This document shows, piece by piece, positions 17,158-27,242 of a stretch of 64,000 bases of DNA. Position 1 is the stretch's first letter. Every line of letters starts with the position of its first letter. The notes beneath the pieces were generated by a model. That model was not told the origin of the DNA, made no database searches, and was given only the letters and a program-made list of their open reading frames with translations. The stretch comes from an uncultured Bacteroidaceae bacterium (lineage in GTDB: Bacteria; Bacteroidota; Bacteroidia; Bacteroidales; JAADGE01): contig CAYYQW010000003.1 of the NCBI GenBank assembly GCA_964472505.1, forward strand, positions 4,249-68,248. The letters are read 5' to 3'. The position numbers and the translations under genes are program-made.

Positions 17158-19986
17158 ATGGTTAAACCTGAAGTTTTAGGCCAATTATTGCTTATGCAAA
17201 GCATACTCATTAATTTGCCCGATAAAAAATTAATATTTAGTTTTGTCTGTCGGGGATTGCAAGATATTCCCGGAGTAGAGCATGCAGAATTTTGCGCGAA
17301 TGCAAATTCGTCAACTAACCGGTTAGCTGTCAGATTTCCGATAGGAAAAGGCGACAGGAAATTTGGAGAGATACAACTTACCGTTTCTGATTATGAAGCT
17401 TATGGTCCTTATGAGCAGTATTTAAAGAACTTCTTTTTTATGGTTGAAGTAATTATAGAAGAACGACGTCAAAGGCAAATTAATGAATTGCACAAAGCAG
17501 AGCTTGAAAAAAGGGTAAAGGAACGCACCGCAGAACTCAGCAATGAAATAGAAGAAAGGAAAATAGTTGAGGAACATTTAAGAGAAAGTGAAGAGCTCTT
17601 TAGAACCTCCTTTGAAAATACCTCGGCCGGTGTTTGTCTTGTAGGTATCGACGGTAGTTTCATAAAAATTAATAAACGTTTTGTTGAGCTTCTGGGTTAT
17701 ACCGAAAGTGAGCTTAGAGATAAACATTTTAATGATATCACCCACCCGGAAGATAAGGAATTGAGCGCGATGAGGATGAAAGAATTATTGAGCGGGGAAA
17801 TTTCTTCGTCCATATTTGAAAAGAGGTATTTGCATAAAGAAGGCCATAGCCTGTATGCATTGGTTTCAGTGGGGATTATGAGAAACTCGGATAACTGCCC
17901 TCGGGTTTTTATTACTTATTTGCAGGATATAAGTCAACAGAAACAGGCTGAAAACAGATTGCGAGAACAAGAATTGCAATACCGTAATTTGGCCGATGCC
18001 GGATTAGCCTTGATTTGGACTTGCGATACAGAAAAAATGTGTAATTATTTTAATGAGCCGTGGTTACGTTTTACCGGTCGCACACTTGAGCAGGAATTTG
18101 GCTTTGGTTGGGCTGAAAACGTTCATCCGGAGGATTTTGACAGATGCATAGAAATATTTACAAAAGCGTTTGATAAACGGAAAACTTTTGATATGGAATA
18201 TCGCTTGAAGCATGCAAGCGGTGAATATCGGTGGATAAGGGATTTGGGCACTCCCAACTATAATACGCAAGGCGAATTTTTGGGTTATATCGGGCATTGC
18301 TTTGATGTTTCGGAGCGCAAGCGAGCAGAGATGATACAACAGATTCAGTATAAAATAGCTCAATCAATTCTTACGGCACGTGATCTGCAAAGCCTTCTAA
18401 CGATTATTCAAAAAGACTTGGGGCAACTGACGGATACTTCCAACTTTTTTCCGGCATTGTATAAAACCAAAAAAGATACTTTTCATAAGCTTTTTTTTAG
18501 AGATGAATATGATGAGTTTTCCGAATGGCCGGCGAGTCAATCACTGTCGGGTTATGTGCTGAATACAAATGAAACATTATTGTTGCAAGGAAAAGAAGTT
18601 GATAAATTTTTGAAAAAGAAACGACTTGATCTGATTGGAACTCCGGCAAAATCATGGCTGGGTGTGCCTTTAAGGGTGAGTAACAAAACCGTTGGTGTTT
18701 TGGTTATTCAAAGCTATACTGATGACCGGGCCTATCAGCCGGCTGATGTTGCTTTGTTTGAAATGATTGCTCACGAAATTGGCCTCTATATTGAACGAAA
18801 AAATATGGTGAAAGATTTGTTTGAAGCAAAAGAAAAAGCGGAGGAGAGTGATCGTTTGAAGTCGGCATTTTTGGCCAATATGAGCCATGAAATCCGAACA
18901 CCTATGAACGGCATATTGGGATTTGCCGACCTGCTGAAAAACCCCGGGCTTAGCGGAGAAAAACAACAAAAGTATGTCGGAATCATAGAGCGCAGCGGTG
19001 CACGCATGTTAAGCATCATTAACGATATTGTGGATATCTCCAAAATAGAAGCCGGTTTAATGAAAATTGATAAGGAAACTACCAATGTTAATGAACAAAT
19101 AGAATATATCTACACATTTTTTAAACCTGAAGCTGAAGCAAAAGCTTTGAGCCTGTCGTTTGTAAATGATTTGCCCGATGAAAAAGCATTTCTTGAAACA
19201 GATCGGGAGAAATTATATGCCATACTTACCAACTTGGTTAAAAATGCCGTAAAATACACCCATGAAGGTTCTGTACAAATGGGCTACAAATATTTGAATG
19301 AGCCCGATAATGCTGTTTTACGGTTTTTTGTTAAAGATACCGGAGTCGGTATTCCCGAAGAGAAAAAGCAAGCCGTATTTGAGCGTTTTGTACAAGCCGA
19401 AAATGACAAACGAAAGATTCGTGAAGGCGCCGGTTTAGGCTTGTCCATTACCAAAGCTTATGTGGAGATGCTTGGCGGAAAAATTTGGCTTGAGAGTGAG
19501 GAAGCTGCCGGTTCGGTTTTTTATTTTACCCTGCCCTATAAAAACAAGGGGAAACAAAAACAACAACAAGCAGAACGTTCAACTTCTTTTTATGCTGAGG
19601 ATACGCAAGACTTAAAACTAAAAATATTGATAGCGGAAGACGATGAAACATCCGAGCTCTTAGTTCATACAGCGATTAATTCCGTAGCCGCTGAAATTTT
19701 GAGTGTAAGTAACGGATTGGAGGCCGTGAGCACATGCCGCAGCCGGACGGATCTTGACCTTGTGCTTATGGATATACGTATGCCCCAATTGAACGGATAC
19801 GAAGCTGTCAAACAAATACGGAAGTTTAATAAAGAGCTGATAATTATTGCTCAAACTGCTTATGCGCTTTCCGGCGACCGCGAAAAGGCTTTAGAGGCAG
19901 GTTGTAATGATTATATTACAAAGCCGGTAAGACAAGATACTTTGCTGAATTTGATACAAAAGCATTTTAATAATAATTTGGTTTGA
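17158..19986 (+). CDS. hybrid sensor histidine kinase (PAS-PAS-GAF-HisKA-HATPase-REC)
   Basis: 942 aa. It has a coiled-coil region, two PAS/PAC blocks (including EYRLKHASGEYRWIRD), and a GAF-like block (WLGVPLRVSNKTVGVLVIQSY). H-box MSHEIRTPMNGI, G-box GAGLGLSITK, receiver ILIAEDDE...VLMDIRMPQLNG...K. Confidence 0.85.
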   Translation: MVKPEVLGQLLLMQSILINLPDKKLIFSFVCRGLQDIPGVEHAEFCANANSSTNRLAVRFPIGKGDRKFGEIQLTVSDYEAYGPYEQYLKNFFFMVEVIIEERRQRQINELHKAELEKRVKERTAELSNEIEERKIVEEHLRESEELFRTSFENTSAGVCLVGIDGSFIKINKRFVELLGYTESELRDKHFNDITHPEDKELSAMRMKELLSGEISSSIFEKRYLHKEGHSLYALVSVGIMRNSDNCPRVFITYLQDISQQKQAENRLREQELQYRNLADAGLALIWTCDTEKMCNYFNEPWLRFTGRTLEQEFGFGWAENVHPEDFDRCIEIFTKAFDKRKTFDMEYRLKHASGEYRWIRDLGTPNYNTQGEFLGYIGHCFDVSERKRAEMIQQIQYKIAQSILTARDLQSLLTIIQKDLGQLTDTSNFFPALYKTKKDTFHKLFFRDEYDEFSEWPASQSLSGYVLNTNETLLLQGKEVDKFLKKKRLDLIGTPAKSWLGVPLRVSNKTVGVLVIQSYTDDRAYQPADVALFEMIAHEIGLYIERKNMVKDLFEAKEKAEESDRLKSAFLANMSHEIRTPMNGILGFADLLKNPGLSGEKQQKYVGIIERSGARMLSIINDIVDISKIEAGLMKIDKETTNVNEQIEYIYTFFKPEAEAKALSLSFVNDLPDEKAFLETDREKLYAILTNLVKNAVKYTHEGSVQMGYKYLNEPDNAVLRFFVKDTGVGIPEEKKQAVFERFVQAENDKRKIREGAGLGLSITKAYVEMLGGKIWLESEEAAGSVFYFTLPYKNKGKQKQQQAERSTSFYAEDTQDLKLKILIAEDDETSELLVHTAINSVAAEILSVSNGLEAVSTCRSRTDLDLVLMDIRMPQLNGYEAVKQIRKFNKELIIIAQTAYALSGDREKALEAGCNDYITKPVRQDTLLNLIQKHFNNNLV

Positions 19987-20082
19987 CAAGTCTAAAACTA
20001 TAGAAACGTTAATAATTGAAACCTTTTACAAAAAAGGCCGTATGGATTATGGCGAACCTTTTTCGCATTTACATTAAAACCA

Positions 20083-21739
20083 ATGAAATTAAACCGTTAT
20101 AAAGCCTCTCATATTTTTATTTTTAGCTCATTGCTTATTCTGATAGCTGTGAGTTTATCGATAATTTTTACCGTTGCATATTTTTTTAAAAAAGAAGCCA
20201 TCACACAAGCTAAAGAGAAATCGGATATTATTTTTAGACAGAAACTTGTCCGTGAATGAGTATTTTTCCCGACAATTGAAGCCTGATTTGTTTGAGATAC
20301 TTCAAGACACCCTTGAAAGCGATAATTATTTTGAGCCTTCATGGATGTCTTCTACGCACGCCCTGTTACATATACAGCGCTATTTTTCTGAAAGAAATGA
20401 TTTTGGCTATTATTATAAAGATGCCGCAATTAATGCCCGAAGCCCCGAAAATGAAGCTGACAGCATGGAAAGAGATTTCTTGATGACACTTAGACAAAAT
20501 CCGAATGCAGATGCGCGAGAAGGCATAACAGAAATTGGCGGCAAAAAATATTACTATTTCATGAAAAAGGGAGAACGCATGACAAAGAGTTGCCTGCGTT
20601 GCCACAACACACCCGGAGAAGCTCCCGGAAAAATGGTGCAAATATACGGAAAGGAAAAAAGTTTTAATCGGAAGCAAGATGAAATAATATCTGTTGCATC
20701 GGTCAGAATACCTTTAGATAAGGCTTATGCAGGTGCTGAGAAAAATATTCTCATCATTGGCGGTTTATTATCAGTCATTATTTTAATAATTATTTTGATT
20801 TATGTGTATATGCAGAAGAGAATTATTTTTAATCCGATTAATCTTCTGCGTAAGCAGGCCATAGCTATATCCAAAGATAATGACCTTTTAGGTGAAACCA
20901 TAAAAGTAAATACAAGCAAAGACCTTACAGAGCTCATTGATGCTTTTAACCTTATGTCGCAGCGCTTGTACGAATATCACCGATTTCTGGAGGAAAAGGT
21001 AAAAGAAAAAACGCTTAATTTGGAAGATAAGGTAGAAGAAGTCAGCCGCTTGAATGATGAAAAGGATAAATTTATAAGCATTCTCGCTCATGACCTTAAA
21101 AGTCCGTTTAATACATTGCTTGGTTTTTCAAGCATACTGGCAGAAAATGCTCATAAGTTTGATGCAGAAAAAATCAAAATGCAAAGCAATGCTATAAATG
21201 AAACGGCTAAGCGTACCTACAATTTGCTTGAAGAAATTCTCTTGTGGGGAAGGGCAAATTCCGGACAAATTCCGGTTGAACCGACTGCACTGAATTTTGC
21301 CCGAGTATGTCGGGAAGTTGTTGAAATAATACAGGCAGATGCCCGGAATAAAAACCTTGAAATACATTGCGACACTCTTGACATGATGATCGTTACGGCT
21401 GATGAGAATATTCTAAAAACCGTTTTGCGCAATCTGATTTCCAATGCCGTTAAATTTAGTTATCCGGGAGGGCTAATTACGGTAGCTGCCGAAGAAAATG
21501 TGTCGCAAATGATTATTTCGGTTGCCGATACCGGGGTGGGTATTTCTGAAGACATAAGAGAGCGTCTTTTTGATAATGCCATTATGGAATCAAAACCCGG
21601 TACCGCCAATGAGAAAGGCACCGGGCTGGGTTTACCCATCTGTAAAGAACTGCTTGAAAAACTCGAAAGCACTATTTGGGTCGAAAACAATAAGGGCGCC
21701 GGCAGTGTGTTTAAATTTACACTCAGAAAAGTCGAGTAG
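20083..21739 (+). pseudogene. DUF3365-type (CXXCH) sensor histidine kinase interrupted by a +1 frameshift at a T5 run
   Basis: Frame 1 starts at ATG 20083 and encodes MKLNRYKASHIFIFSSLLILIAVSLSIIFTVAYFFKKEAITQAKEKSDIIF, then stops at 20257. The ORF-track frame (20174..21739) continues LDRNLSVNEYFSRQLKP..., with CLRCH, a TM segment, HAMP, H-box LAHDLKSPFN and GTGLGLPICK. The frames meet at ttttt 20231-20235. I checked my base reading here against both overlapping ORF-track translations. Confidence 0.6.
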
Positions 21740-21788
21740 GACTTATGTCTGTTTGATTTTACATGCGGATGAAATCTTTTTCTTCATC

Positions 21789-21942
21789 GGTTTGGGCTAA
21801 AGCCGGGAATTTCATGCCAAATAATTGATGTTTCCCGGCAGGATTTGCATACATTTGAGATTTCAGAGCCCGGAACCGAATTTGCTGCGGCATTTATGCC
21901 GTGGACAAAATTTGAATGAAATTCAAGGCTTTAGACCAAAAC
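21789..21942. repeat. 154-bp palindromic extragenic element
   Basis: The left arm is ggtttgggctaaagccgggaatttcat (21789-21815). The right arm is atgaaattcaaggctttagaccaaaac (21916-21942). About 22 of 27 positions are complementary. Confidence 0.5.
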
Positions 21943-22022
21943 AACAACAAGAATTTAGGTTAAAGCTGATGTAAGCCTTTTGCTTTTTTGGGCTGTCCGT
22001 AAATAGCTGCATTTCAAAATAC

Positions 22023-23660
22023 TTATTCGGGCAATTTAAAGTAGGCTTCGGCGGCATTGATTTCATCTTGTGTTTTTTCGTCACTCCAACCTAAGAGGCG
22101 GGCGGCAGTTTGAGCCGTGGTTTCTAAAATCTCTTTTCCGGGGTGGCCCAAAGTGCCTATACCGGTTCGCCTGAGCAGAATGTCTTTCAGGCTGCGAGCA
22201 CTTTCTTTTTGCACAGCATAAACCGCTTCGGCCAGTAGTTCGCCGTCGTGGCTCACCACTTTTGCGTATGCTTTATTGTCTCGGGCTAATTGAAAAACAT
22301 CTTTGCTGAGTGTTCCGTAATTTCTACTGATATATTCTACGGTTTCTTTCGAAAAATCGGTATAGTGCAGCTGTTGTTTTTTCATAAATTCCTTCATGTT
22401 ACGTATTTCGCTTCCGGCCAGATAAAGCGAGTGGGTAACTGAGGAGTCTATTTTACGGTTTAATTTTTCTGCAACCAAATCAATGACGGTTTTGGCCAAA
22501 TTGCGGCTGGTGGTATATTTGCCGCCTTCCACGGTAATTAATCCGGAAAGGCCGTCTTCGCGGTTGTCGTACACTTCGTATTTGCGTGAAGAGCTGTACG
22601 AGCCTTCGGTTTGGTCATCTACCAGCGGGCGCAATCCGCCATACACATGTTTGATGTTTTTGTAGGATATCTTTTTGCCGTAATGGCTGTTCACATCATT
22701 AATAACTTCATCAATACTTGCTTTGGAAACTCTGTAATTATCGGGCGAACCGTGATATTCTTTATCAGTTGTACCTATGATGCTGTGGTTCCGCCAAGGC
22801 ATAATCATCATGTGAGTACCGTCTTTTTTTTGCAACGAAACCACATGATCTCCGGCTATTTTATCGGTTATTACGTGAATGCCTTCCGAGCGCTTCACTT
22901 CATGGCTTATGGATTTATTTTTGGCAGCTTTTTCCAGAATTTTATCCGCCCAAGTTCCGCCGCAATTTACTGTCAGGGGTGCTTTATATTCTGCGGTTTG
23001 GCCGCTGATGTGGTCTTTTACTATCACACCGTTCACTGTGTCGTTGTTTTCGTAGCTGAAGTCAATAACTTCCGAATAATTGGAAACTTCAGCACCGTAA
23101 TCCACAGCCGAACGTATAAAAGCCAAAGTAAGCCTTTCCGGAAAAATGCTTTGATAGTCATAGAAAACGACTGAATTTCTGAGCTTTTCGCTTATCAGGT
23201 TGGGCTCTTTTTCGATGGTTTGTTTGTAATTAAGTGTTTTGTGGTTTGGCAGGCGTTTGCTTGGATCCCAGGTGTTTTTTTTATCAAAAGAAAGCATGTC
23301 GTATAAAAACATGCCGGCTGCCATTTTCCACATATTCCCTTTCCAGCTTTTATAACCCGGAAATATGAAAGGCAAGGGATAAACAAAATTAGGGGCTATA
23401 TTGCCCAATATGCGACGTTCCTGAAGTGATTCACGCACCAGTTTAAATTCCATATTGGCCAGATAGCGTAAACCGCCGTGTATCAGCTTGGAAGTAGCGG
23501 CTGAGGTAGCTCCGCCAAAATCTTTTTTCTCAAAAAGAGCAATTTTAAGTCCTCGCCCGGCAGCAGCATAAGCTACGGCAGCACCGGTAATTCCGCCTCC
23601 TATTATGATAAGGTCAAATTCTTTATGCTTTTGGTTTTCTGTTAATCGTCGAATATCCAT
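22023..23660 (-). CDS. glpD: FAD-dependent glycerol-3-phosphate dehydrogenase
   Basis: 545 aa. DLIIIGGGITGAAVAYAAAGRG, ATSAATSKLIHGGLRYL, and the C-terminal alpha-helical domain typical of GlpD. Confidence 0.85.
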   Translation of the reverse strand: MDIRRLTENQKHKEFDLIIIGGGITGAAVAYAAAGRGLKIALFEKKDFGGATSAATSKLIHGGLRYLANMEFKLVRESLQERRILGNIAPNFVYPLPFIFPGYKSWKGNMWKMAAGMFLYDMLSFDKKNTWDPSKRLPNHKTLNYKQTIEKEPNLISEKLRNSVVFYDYQSIFPERLTLAFIRSAVDYGAEVSNYSEVIDFSYENNDTVNGVIVKDHISGQTAEYKAPLTVNCGGTWADKILEKAAKNKSISHEVKRSEGIHVITDKIAGDHVVSLQKKDGTHMMIMPWRNHSIIGTTDKEYHGSPDNYRVSKASIDEVINDVNSHYGKKISYKNIKHVYGGLRPLVDDQTEGSYSSSRKYEVYDNREDGLSGLITVEGGKYTTSRNLAKTVIDLVAEKLNRKIDSSVTHSLYLAGSEIRNMKEFMKKQQLHYTDFSKETVEYISRNYGTLSKDVFQLARDNKAYAKVVSHDGELLAEAVYAVQKESARSLKDILLRRTGIGTLGHPGKEILETTAQTAARLLGWSDEKTQDEINAAEAYFKLPE

Positions 23661-23838
23661 TGTTTACAAGTTTTATATTTTTGATATAAATGTAGCTGTT
23701 TTGTTGTAATTTTAAAATTGCTTTTATATTTAATTCAAAAGTTTTTACAGATAGATATTATCCTGAGCTAAGCCGACGGATAAATTCGGATGCTCGACTA
23801 AAGATATTTTTATTATTTTCGCCGAATTTTACTTGAAT

Positions 23839-24381
23839 ATGGATTCAAATATGAATTATATAAAAACAGGCAATCGCATTCCGCATGAGTTTTTTATAAC
23901 ACAAGGGCGCGGCGAAAGCAATCTTTCGGCAAAGGTGGGTTCATTTCATATTGCATTGCAGGATGCCGGAATTGCACAGGCCAATATTATGAAATATTCA
24001 TCGGTTTTGCCGGCCGAAGCGCTTGAGACAGCTTTCAAAAAAATGCATCACGGCGAGGTAGCAGAAGTTATTGCCGCACAGCAAAACGGACAATCCGGTG
24101 AACGCATAACAGCCGGCTTGGCTTACGCTTGGCTGTACCATAAGAAAAGCGGTTTGAAAAAAGGCGGATTAGTTTGCGAGTACGAAGGCTCAGATAATGA
24201 AAAACAAGCCGAATCTGCTTTACGCGCAGGCTTGCAGGAAATATACGAAAACGGCTTTTCGCAAGATTATCTATTGAAAGATATCCGCATAGTTACGGAC
24301 AGTTTTACGCCAAAGAAAAAATTCGGAACGGTGCTTATTGCTCTGTGTTTTACAAGTTTTTTGATTCCGCTTGCACCTTGA
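23839..24381 (+). CDS. pdaD: pyruvoyl-dependent arginine decarboxylase
   Basis: FITQGRGESNLSAKVGSFHIALQDAGIAQANIMKYSSVLP carries the Ser-Ser self-cleavage context of PvlArgDC. The ORF-track start at 23833 is a TTG. The first ATG is at 23839. Confidence 0.75.
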   Translation: MDSNMNYIKTGNRIPHEFFITQGRGESNLSAKVGSFHIALQDAGIAQANIMKYSSVLPAEALETAFKKMHHGEVAEVIAAQQNGQSGERITAGLAYAWLYHKKSGLKKGGLVCEYEGSDNEKQAESALRAGLQEIYENGFSQDYLLKDIRIVTDSFTPKKKFGTVLIALCFTSFLIPLAP

Positions 24382-24416
24382 GCATAGCTCAAAATTCTTT
24401 GCTTTATTGGCAGGCA

Positions 24417-25016
24417 CTAATTATTTTGAAAATCCGGCTTCCAACGAAAACTTTCTATCATACGATCGATATCTTTACGGATAAATTCCTGTGCCGGAGC
24501 CAAAGAATCTTTATTGGGCTCGGTATTAAAATAAAACGAAGCTCGTACAAAATGCCGAATGCTGTCGGTAAGATGAAATTGTAGGGTAGAGGCAGCATTC
24601 CCTTTTATTTGATAAAGTATTCCGTACACCCGATCTTCATGATTTATCCATTCTTTCGGAATAATATTGTCGGCTTTTCCGGAATGTTTATATACCATGG
24701 TGCGACTGTCTTCGGTATATATTTGCAAATTGTCGTCCAATTTTTTGTAACTCACATGAAGGGTGGCGTTTAAGTTTGGAAATTGCACGTTTATCCAATA
24801 GGGTTCAGCATTGGGGTCTTTATCTTTTACTATTTTTGCATAGCTCGGAATTTCAAAAGTATAGGGTAAATCTTTGTTTATTTTCTTATAATCTTTTTCC
24901 GGAAAAGTCATGCGCGGATATCCGGTGGGCTTTGGGGAGTAGTTATCGTTTTGGCAGGACGTCATAAACAAAACTAACAAGCTTATAAGCCCGGCATTGA
25001 ATATTTTTTTATACAT
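24417..25016 (-). CDS. gldD: gliding-motility lipoprotein GldD
   Basis: 199 aa. Lipobox LVLFMTSC followed by PKPTGYPRMTFPEKDY, as in GldD. It lies 3 nt downstream of the gldE-like gene. Confidence 0.65.
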   Translation of the reverse strand: MYKKIFNAGLISLLVLFMTSCQNDNYSPKPTGYPRMTFPEKDYKKINKDLPYTFEIPSYAKIVKDKDPNAEPYWINVQFPNLNATLHVSYKKLDDNLQIYTEDSRTMVYKHSGKADNIIPKEWINHEDRVYGILYQIKGNAASTLQFHLTDSIRHFVRASFYFNTEPNKDSLAPAQEFIRKDIDRMIESFRWKPDFQNN

Positions 25017-25019
25017 AAA

Positions 25020-26324
25020 TTACGTTATTTTTAACTGAATGCGTTTTATTTTTCGTGCATCGGCATCCAGAATGGTAAATTGCAAGTTTTTATATTGAAT
25101 GATTTCTCCTTTGGGCGGAATTTTATGTTCCAATTCCAGAATAATTCCCGCAACCGAGTCGGATTCTTTTCTCAGATCGGCAAATACATCTTCTTTTATA
25201 TCCAGCAGTTTATAGAAATCGTTGATTTGAATTTTGGCATCAAATTCAAAAGTATTCGAACCGGTTTTAATGAAATTATCATCGGCTTCATCGGTTTCAT
25301 CGGTTATTTCGCCCACAATTTCTTCAATAATATCTTCCAAAGTAACAATGCCGGGCACGCCGCCGTATTCATCGCTTACTATGGCCATGTGGATTTTTTT
25401 TATGCGAAATTGCTCCAGCAGGTCATTGATTTTCATGCTTTCGGGCACGTAATAAGCTGCACGTATGTGGCTTTGCCATTTATAATCACCGGTTTTGTGC
25501 AAGTGCGGCAAAAGGTCTTTGGCGTAGATGATGCCTTCAATATTATCGGGCGAAATGTTATATACCGGGATTCGGGAGTAACCGTAATTGGTAATGATTT
25601 TAATGAGTTCGGAAAAATCCGTATCAATATGTGCGGAAACGACATCTATTCTGGGTTTCATTATCTCTTTGACCTCAATGTTTTTGAAGCTGACAATTCC
25701 TTCCAGAATTTTCTTGTCGTCTTCAATGTCTGAGCCGGCAAGTTCTATGGCATCCGATAAATCTTCTACCGAAATACCTTGTTTGCGCTTAATTTGTTTC
25801 TCAAAAAAGGATGACGATTTAACTAACAGCGAGCTTGCGGGTGAGAAAATCTTGCTTGTAAAAAAAACAGTGTAAGAGGTGAATCGCGCAAACTTTAGCC
25901 CGGCATGCGTGGAATATACTTTGGGCATGATTTCACCAAAAAGTAACAGAAAAAAGGTGATTACAACTATCTGAAAAACAAATTCTGCTAAGGCATTGTC
26001 GCCAAAATTGAACATTTCCGAACTAATATGTGCCGAAAGAATAACAATGGCAATATTTATAAAGTTGTTGGCAATGAGTATATTGGCCAGGAGTTGTTCG
26101 GGTTTGCTCAGGAGTTGTAAAATCATTTTGCTTTTCGGAGAATCCGATGTTTGGATTTTTTTTATCTCGGCAGGTGTTAAAGAGAAAAATGCAACCTCGG
26201 AGCCGGATACCAAAGCCGAAAAAAACAGCAGCAGTATAACTACAAAAATGCTGAATACCATTCCTATGGTAAGTGGTTGAACTGAGAAAGAGCTTATGAA
26301 TAAACACAATGGTTCGGATTCCAA
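25020..26324 (-). CDS. gldE: gliding-motility protein GldE (DUF21-CBS pair-CorC/HlyC)
   Basis: 434 aa. It has an N-terminal four-helix DUF21 region (SALVSGSEVAFFSL), a CBS pair and a CorC_HlyC C-terminus. The ORF-track start is a TTG. An ATG alternative lies at about 26261. Confidence 0.7.
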   Translation of the reverse strand: MESEPLCLFISSFSVQPLTIGMVFSIFVVILLLFFSALVSGSEVAFFSLTPAEIKKIQTSDSPKSKMILQLLSKPEQLLANILIANNFINIAIVILSAHISSEMFNFGDNALAEFVFQIVVITFFLLLFGEIMPKVYSTHAGLKFARFTSYTVFFTSKIFSPASSLLVKSSSFFEKQIKRKQGISVEDLSDAIELAGSDIEDDKKILEGIVSFKNIEVKEIMKPRIDVVSAHIDTDFSELIKIITNYGYSRIPVYNISPDNIEGIIYAKDLLPHLHKTGDYKWQSHIRAAYYVPESMKINDLLEQFRIKKIHMAIVSDEYGGVPGIVTLEDIIEEIVGEITDETDEADDNFIKTGSNTFEFDAKIQINDFYKLLDIKEDVFADLRKESDSVAGIILELEHKIPPKGEIIQYKNLQFTILDADARKIKRIQLKIT

Positions 26325-26500
26325 AATCTGTTGATTAAGTTAAACATTAAAAGCTTACAAAGCTATAAAAAAATACCCGGTAAATATTATTTATCAGATG
26401 AAAAACAGAGCTTTTTTATTTCAGTTTTTAATTATTGTATTGCTTGAAAAAAAATATATTGTGTTGAGGTTTTGCGGAACTAAACAGGATATCGATATTG

Positions 26501-26552
26501 AAAAAAAGACTGTTCAAATCATGCTTTTGGCAGGATTGGACAGTCTTTTTTT
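26501..26552 (-). terminator. candidate terminator downstream of ssb
   Basis: The 9-bp stem pairs aaagactgt with acagtcttt. It is flanked by an A-run and a T-run. The loop is long (about 25 nt). Confidence 0.45.
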
Positions 26553-26563
26553 AACCGTTTTTT

Positions 26564-27013
26564 TTAAAAGGGCAGATCGTCGTCTTCAATATCTCCAAAA
26601 TCTTCCGGTTCGGGTGGTGCTGTTTCTTGCGTTTTCGGAGCCGAAGTTTTTTGAGAATAATCGCTGCTACTGCTTCCGCTGCCTTCTCCTGCTCTGCCGA
26701 GCATACGCATTTCTCGGGCTACCACTTCCGTAAAGTATTTGGTTTGCCCGTCTTGTTCATACTGCCGCGTTTGAATTTTTCCTTCAATATAAAGCTGTGA
26801 GCCTTTTTTTACGTATTGCTCCACTACTTTTGCCAAACCTCTCCAAATTACAATGTTGTGCCATTCGGTATCGGTGCGTTTTTCACCGTCGCGTGTGCGA
26901 TAGGTTTCGTTTGTGGCTAAACTGAATTTGGCCACCGGTACATCTTCTTTGATGTATTTTACTTCGGGATCATTTCCCACATTGCCTACAAGAATTACTT
27001 TGTTTACTGACAT
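26564..27013 (-). CDS. ssb: single-stranded DNA-binding protein
   Basis: MSVNKVILVGNVGNDPEV OB-fold N-terminus, Gly/Ser-rich linker, and an acidic tail ending DDDLPF. Confidence 0.9.
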   Translation of the reverse strand: MSVNKVILVGNVGNDPEVKYIKEDVPVAKFSLATNETYRTRDGEKRTDTEWHNIVIWRGLAKVVEQYVKKGSQLYIEGKIQTRQYEQDGQTKYFTEVVAREMRMLGRAGEGSGSSSSDYSQKTSAPKTQETAPPEPEDFGDIEDDDLPF

Positions 27014-27177
27014 AGCCGTTTATTTTGAAGATTAATTTTGATTTAATACACAAATATAGAAAGCTTTACAAAAAAATACGGTTAATTTTTATATTTTTTC
27101 TTTTTTTATTAGTTTTTTTTGGAAAACATCTGAATAATGCAAGATTCCGCAGGCTGATATATTTGTTTTACAAACAG

Positions 27178-27216
27178 TGAAAAGCCCGATAAAATTGCAT
27201 CGGGCTTTTCGTTTTG
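27178..27216 (-). terminator. candidate hairpin terminator downstream of the ALDH7-like gene
   Basis: aaagcccgat-aaaattgc-atcgggcttt forms a 10-bp stem. The U tract is short. Confidence 0.45.
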
Positions 27217-27242
27217 TTTATGTGATTGAGTTTGATCGGCTT

